Assembly (NCBI GenBank): GCA_973895155.1
Contig: OZ316893.1
Location: 13,656,359-13,720,358, forward strand
Source: Marsupella aquatica
Taxonomy: Eukaryota; Plantae; Marchantiophyta
Reading direction: 5' to 3'
Length of the DNA: 64,000 bases
Shown here one piece after another: positions 61,427 to 64,000 of this stretch (the stretch's first letter is position 1; the number at the start of each line of letters is the position of its first letter). Both the position numbers and the translations under genes were made by a program. The notes beneath the pieces are model-generated. The model worked only from the letters and a program-made list of their open reading frames with translations, had not been told where the DNA came from and searched no databases.

Positions 61427-63234
61427 CTCTACACCCGTGAATTGGAAGTCAATGATGGATCAACCTTTCTGGTCTCCTTCCACAAATCACAAGGATGGAA
61501 AGATAGTAGGCTGTAGCACTGTACCTCAACAGCACATGAAAAGCAGAGGTCTTCTGAAGTGGGAGGATCTACATGTCAATGCTTCGATGCCTAGATCTTG
61601 GGAAATCTTTTGTGGAGAGGATTATCCTAGGTACAAGAGGTCGTTCCAAGTGATTTTGGATAACTCGTTATTTCCTAATGTACCGATGCTATCTCAAGAA
61701 GCTGAATCTAACGTGATGAACCCAATTCCCAATCTTGGAAGGCAACAAGGTTTGGGAAATCAAGATTTGTAATAGCCTGGTGAAGGATAGTTAGGAGTTA
61801 TCTAGACGAAATTCCAATGATTCCGGTATCTTCGTATACTATTACACATGGTATTCTTCGGAAGATTGAATCACAGCATATTTCTGGCACCAGATTAGTC
61901 CGATTGGTTATGGGTCGTATGAAGAGCTGGTTATCTCATAAACCAGGGATTGGAGTGATGGGGCCTTCATTCAAGGATTTTGGTAAATCGGATCATTTTC
62001 ATTGGAAGGATGGGAAGCAATTCTTCCATGCTTCCACGGAGAGCTTACGATGTTTGCTACAAAACAGGCTGCCAATGGTCGGTGGGGGGATCTCAAAATG
62101 GAGAATGGAAGTTTGGGCGGTTCCTTTGGAGAAGGAAATCTGGAAGAATATCTGGAAACCATTTAGGGAAGAAAAAGTTAATCATTTTCTTTGGCAAACT
62201 GCTCACAAGTTGGTTGCGACCGAGGTTGCGACTAAACACTATATTGGTTGGCATTCTAAGAGGCTGGACGAACATGGTCACATCATTCCTTTTTCCAGAT
62301 CAGATGAGCTTTGGTGGTGCAAAAGATGTGAGATGGGTGCACATGAAGATTTGTTCCATTGTCTTTGGTCATGTCCTGTTTCCCGTTCTATCTGGACTTG
62401 GATTGAAACTCTCTTGCATATTGCAGGAGTGGCTTCGGTGAATACGCATTTCGAGGCTGTCCATGCTTTATTGGGAGCTCCTTTCGATGATAAGCATAAT
62501 TTCCTCTCAAATTGTGGCAGATCCTTAGAGGGATTGCCATATGGCAAATTTGGAAATCTCGCTGTGCCTTGGAGAAAGAGAATTTGGTCACTTCACTGCT
62601 GGGACTAAAGATCAAGATTTGGCTGGAACTCCATTCTTATCTCAAGATAGCTTGGCTTCAGGGTATCTCTCTGCTTTCTACGGGTGGAGACGACAATCAT
62701 GTTGTGTCTGGTCGTTTGCGTAGGGACTTTGGCTGTAATGGTGGATTATATAGGATTAGTGATGGTCTTTTTATTGTTGACTACCGTCCTCTATGGACTT
62801 TTGATCCACCTTGAAGGATTAGGTTTGTTACCTTTTGGTCTCACTTTCATTTTCTTTGACTCCATTTGGTGTTAGCTTAGTTGTTGGTTCCTTTCGTGCA
62901 GATGAATTTATCCTCATGGATTTTTTTGCCCTGGTGACAGCTGTTCAGGCCTTTGCTCTTGCTGGTCCTCACACTCCTATTCTGGTTCTGAGTTAGCCCT
63001 CATATTTGCTTTCTCTGTTTGTTAGTTGTTCTAGAGTGAGTGGCAAATTTGTCCACTTTGCGCTCTTGTTAATCACTTTTGCCCTTGTCCCCGTGCTTGG
63101 ATGTGCCTGAGCTCTTGGTGACTTTTGGTCCTTGACAGCATTTGGTCTGGCCGTTTTATTTCCATGATTTACTGGGTTTTATTTGTCTTATGAGTAAAGT
63201 ATTCCTTTCAAGAAAGGAAAAAAAAAAAAAAGAG
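61427..63234 (+). mobile_element. 5'-truncated L1-clade LINE remnant (ORF2 C-terminal zf-RVT region, 3'UTR, poly(A))
   Basis: IWKNIWKP...KVNHFLW, CKRC...EDLFHCLWSC..SRSIW, WQIWKSRC. Poly(A) at ~63218-63231. Candidate TSD caaataacc at 61418-61426 and 63235-63243. Confidence 0.8.
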
Positions 63235-63294
63235 CAAATAACCAGCCTTCGATAATTTCCTGACAATTCTGACCGGGCACACTTTTCTGTCTCG

Positions 63295-63440
63295 GGGTGG
63301 GGCAGGAGGCTCTCTCCGAAAAACACGGGTTCGGGCAGGTTTTTGTGTCCACGGGCAGGTTTTGTTTGCCCACGGGCAGGAGGTGGCTCTCTCCGAAAAA
63401 AACGGGTTCGGGCAGGTTTGTTTTGTCCACGGGCAGTAGT
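63295..63440. repeat. GC-rich imperfect tandem repeat (ggcagg..ctctctccgaaaaa.acgggttcgggcaggttt..gtccacgggcag), probably TE subterminal
   Basis: Two ~75-bp units plus shorter cacgggcagg subunits. Confidence 0.6.
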
Positions 63441-64000
63441 TGGATCGCTCCCTTCCGCCCTTCGTGCCGGGACTCAAAACAAAACATTCACTCTGCTCCG
63501 CGGGGGCGATTACTCGTTTTTCATCGTGCTTCTTGGCGACCCCAAAAATATGCCGAAAGACTCTCCCAAATCTTCCTTCTTCACCAAATTGGGATTCGGG
63601 GTGAACGATCGCAGAAAGGGAACGAAGGAAGGAAGGAAGGAGGAGGCAGGAGAGCGCAATTGACGAGACCATTTTCGGCGGAGCAGAGCGAAATCGATTG
63701 ATTGTTTATTGACTCGCAGACGGGACGGGCTTCTTGAGATCGTGCTCGACAATTTGATCGGGCCCAGCTTCTAATTTCCCCGCAGATTGACGTTAGAGTG
63801 ATGTTCTTCTTCGGCCGGATGATGCGTTTGTTGCGGAAGAATCGATGAACAGGTTGAGCGGCGGGCGGATTTGCGGTGACGGATTTTATTTCTAGCTGCA
63901 AGAGTCGTGCACAGAGTGGATGTGGAACTCGTCCGGCTACTGGTACTCAGCTGCAAAGATCGCCGCGTGTTTGTCCGACATATTTGGCTATAGATTGGTC

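Overview
This is a eukaryotic, intron-containing window from a land plant. It is most likely a non-seed plant with flagellated sperm (bryophyte-like), inferred from a Chibby homolog alongside plant-type VTE4 and presenilin. Host genes are a Chibby-family gene (5 coding exons), an intronless plastid-targeted-looking protein with an internal duplicated motif, a conserved plant protein of unknown function, MOG1, VTE4 (gamma-tocopherol methyltransferase) and presenilin. Transposons are a 5'-truncated CRE-like non-LTR element (RT plus restriction-like endonuclease), a PIF/Harbinger element with TIRs and a TTA TSD, a 5'-truncated L1-like LINE, and a 9.5-kb Ty3/Gypsy element (26284-35794, minus strand). 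The Gypsy element is the highlight. Its polyprotein carries a DNMT3/DRM-like cytosine methyltransferase between protease and RT, and a PHD finger after integrase. It appears to self-prime. Its terminal repeats are circularly permuted (b - internal - a-GC-b - a), which is the product expected if a 2-LTR circle was cut by integrase at a palindrome (GACA-GC-TGTC) inside the LTR. All calls are by eye from the sequence and ORF track; no searches were run.
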